A DNA stretch of 61,605 bases, filler included, from an uncultured bacterium (GTDB taxonomy: Bacteria > Hinthialibacterota > Hinthialibacteria > Hinthialibacterales > Hinthialibacteraceae), in assembly GCA_964449065.1 (NCBI GenBank). It is 20 parts of 20 records of this genome, joined end to end, with 100 filler letters (N's around TTAATTAATTAA, not from the genome) between each part and the next. Parts side by side here need not be neighbours in the genome. Positions count along the whole stretch, not along the records: positions 58,754 to 61,605 come from CAYVAZ010000491.1; 19 more parts are not named here. One strand, 5' to 3'. The notes beneath the pieces are model-generated. The model was not told where the DNA came from. It did no database searches and saw only the letters and a program-made list of their open reading frames with translations. The translations under genes and the position numbers were made by a program. Positions 60,101 to 61,605 of this stretch are shown one piece after another (within the stretch, counting starts at the first letter, position 1; each line of letters starts with the position of its first letter).

Positions 60101-61114
60101 TCAAGAATGCTTTTTGACCAAAATCCAAATGAAGAGGGGGCCGCCGATGAGGGCGGTGATGATGCCGACGGGGATTTCGCGGGGGGCGAGCATGGTGCGG
60201 GCGATGGTGTCGCAGAAGACCAGGACTGCTCCGCCGAGGCAGAAGGATGCGGGTAAGACTAAACGGTGGTCGAAGCCGCTGAGGCGGCGTACCGCATGGG
60301 GGACGATTAGACCGATGAAGCTGATGGGGCCGACTACAGAGACGATAACCGCGGTGGAAATGGCGCCGCCGAAAAACCCGCCGCGCTGCACACGTTGGAC
60401 ATCCACGCCATGACCGCTGGCGAGTTCTTCGCCAAGTGTTAGATGGTTGAGTTCCATCCGGCATGAATAGAGCACCCACAATCCCGGCAACAAAAGCGGA
60501 ATGATGGTCGCGATCTCTTTGTAGCCGCTTACTTCCAGACCGCCCATCATCCAACGGTCAATCTGCACAAGATAATCCGGATTGGCGATATAGCGCAGGA
60601 AAAGAATACATCCCACCGAGATGACGGATATGGTGATTCCAGCAAGCAGCAGCGTGCTCATCATCATGCCTTCCGGGCGTTGGGCGAGTTGATAGATCAG
60701 CCAAAGCGTTAATGCCGCGCCGATGATGGCGAAAAACTGTACGGTCGAAAAGGGGCCGAAGGAGTACCACAATCCGGGAATGGTGAGCGCCGCGACCGCG
60801 CCCACCGATGCGCCCCCGGTGACGCCCAGTGTGTAAGGCTCCGCGAGTGGGTTGCGCAGAATCACCTGAAACACCGCCCCCACTAAAGCCAGTGTACCGC
60901 CGGTTAAAACACCCAGCAAAGCGCGGGGGATTCGCTGGTACATAAAGATATCCGCATCAACCCCCATACTGCCGCCTGCCAGGTCACGCAAAACGACTAA
61001 CCAGTCGAGAGTCTCGCTACCAAATAGAGGGGCGATCAGCGCAGCAAGGATCATGACTGCTAAATAAAGAGCAATATGCCGGCGAAAACAGGTTTGCGAG
61101 TCGTTGGTGATCAA
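60101..61114 (-). CDS. FecCD/BtuC-family ABC permease
   Basis: RIPR, RNPLAEPY.LG..GGA, GEELA..GV, G.I.FIGLIVPH, EIPVG. Confidence 0.95.
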   Translation of the reverse strand: MITNDSQTCFRRHIALYLAVMILAALIAPLFGSETLDWLVVLRDLAGGSMGVDADIFMYQRIPRALLGVLTGGTLALVGAVFQVILRNPLAEPYTLGVTGGASVGAVAALTIPGLWYSFGPFSTVQFFAIIGAALTLWLIYQLAQRPEGMMMSTLLLAGITISVISVGCILFLRYIANPDYLVQIDRWMMGGLEVSGYKEIATIIPLLLPGLWVLYSCRMELNHLTLGEELASGHGVDVQRVQRGGFFGGAISTAVIVSVVGPISFIGLIVPHAVRRLSGFDHRLVLPASFCLGGAVLVFCDTIARTMLAPREIPVGIITALIGGPLFIWILVKKHS

Positions 61115-61115
61115 A

Positions 61116-61605
61116 TTACATCCTTTGCTCGGAAAATTTGGGCAACACCCACGGACGGTTCATTAAGGGATGTTGGGTAAAGTACAATTCATCGCCGTAG
61201 ACCGGTTTCAACACCCGCGGATGCAGCACTTCATCCGGGCTTCCTTCCAATATCACGTTTCCCTGATTGAGTAAAACGATACTGCTGCATACGGTTGAGG
61301 CTAAATTCACATCATGGGTCACCAATAACATGGCTATGCCTTTTTGATTGAGTTCATGAATGATGTTGATGAATTCCACCTGATGATGGATATCCAGTGC
61401 ATTGGTGGGTTCATCAAACAATAAAATAGATGGTTCTTGTGCAAGTACGGACGCCAAAAACACGCGCTGGCGTTCGCCGCCGGAAAGTTGAAACACGCGC
61501 CGGTCCGCCAGCGGCACGGTATCGGTGATTTCCATGCAGTGCTGAATAACGCTGCAATCGTGTTGATCCAGCATGTTGCTGCCTTTCATGTGGGGGTATC
61601 GCCCC
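61116..61605 (-). CDS. Iron/cobalamin ABC ATP-binding protein, C-terminal part
   Basis: LSGGERQRV, LLFDEPTNALD, VTHD. Confidence 0.95.
   Translation of the reverse strand, partial: GRYPHMKGSNMLDQHDCSVIQHCMEITDTVPLADRRVFQLSGGERQRVFLASVLAQEPSILLFDEPTNALDIHHQVEFINIIHELNQKGIAMLLVTHDVNLASTVCSSIVLLNQGNVILEGSPDEVLHPRVLKPVYGDELYFTQHPLMNRPWVLPKFSEQRM

Overview
The window is not one locus. It is 20 short contigs of about 2.9-3.2 kb, sorted by decreasing length and joined by artificial 100-nt linkers (N44-TTAATTAATTAA-N44), so gene context stops at every linker. Most contigs look like one moderate-GC bacterium, with an expanded 'FTLIELLIVVAIIGILAAIAVPNF' pilin family and shared intergenic REP/MITE repeats; from recall this resembles Sumerlaeota/Ca. 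Hinthialibacter-like lineages (not verified). Contigs 12837-15918, 25478-28513 and 34772-37712 are GC-rich and alphaproteobacterial-looking, and 52832-55696 is AT-rich, so the set is probably a mixed metagenomic bin. Recognisable genes are lysA, leuB (partial), dinJ-yafQ, a Gfo/Idh/MocA oxidoreductase, yjbQ, a peroxiredoxin, SPFH-NfeD, msrP, a PfkB kinase, a CtaA-like protein, tmk, folK, atzF (partial), two further toxin-antitoxin pairs, an IS3 element and a FecCD-type ABC transporter. The main leads are: (1) an 820-aa TPR-sensor/trypsin/GH108-lysozyme fusion in which both catalytic residues are substituted and whose tail is a tandem duplicate of the upstream gene; (2) a shared C-terminal T-x(1-2)-[VI]-x-x-[WFY]-x-x-[YF] motif on five unrelated secreted proteins (one variant), a candidate lineage-specific sorting signal; (3) modular MITEs that carry interchangeable REP hairpins, insert at stop codons and truncate a PIN toxin and a DCD-like gene; (4) a helically phased 21/21/22-bp array. 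No rRNA, tRNA or CRISPR array was found. All family calls come from motif recognition by eye, not database searches.
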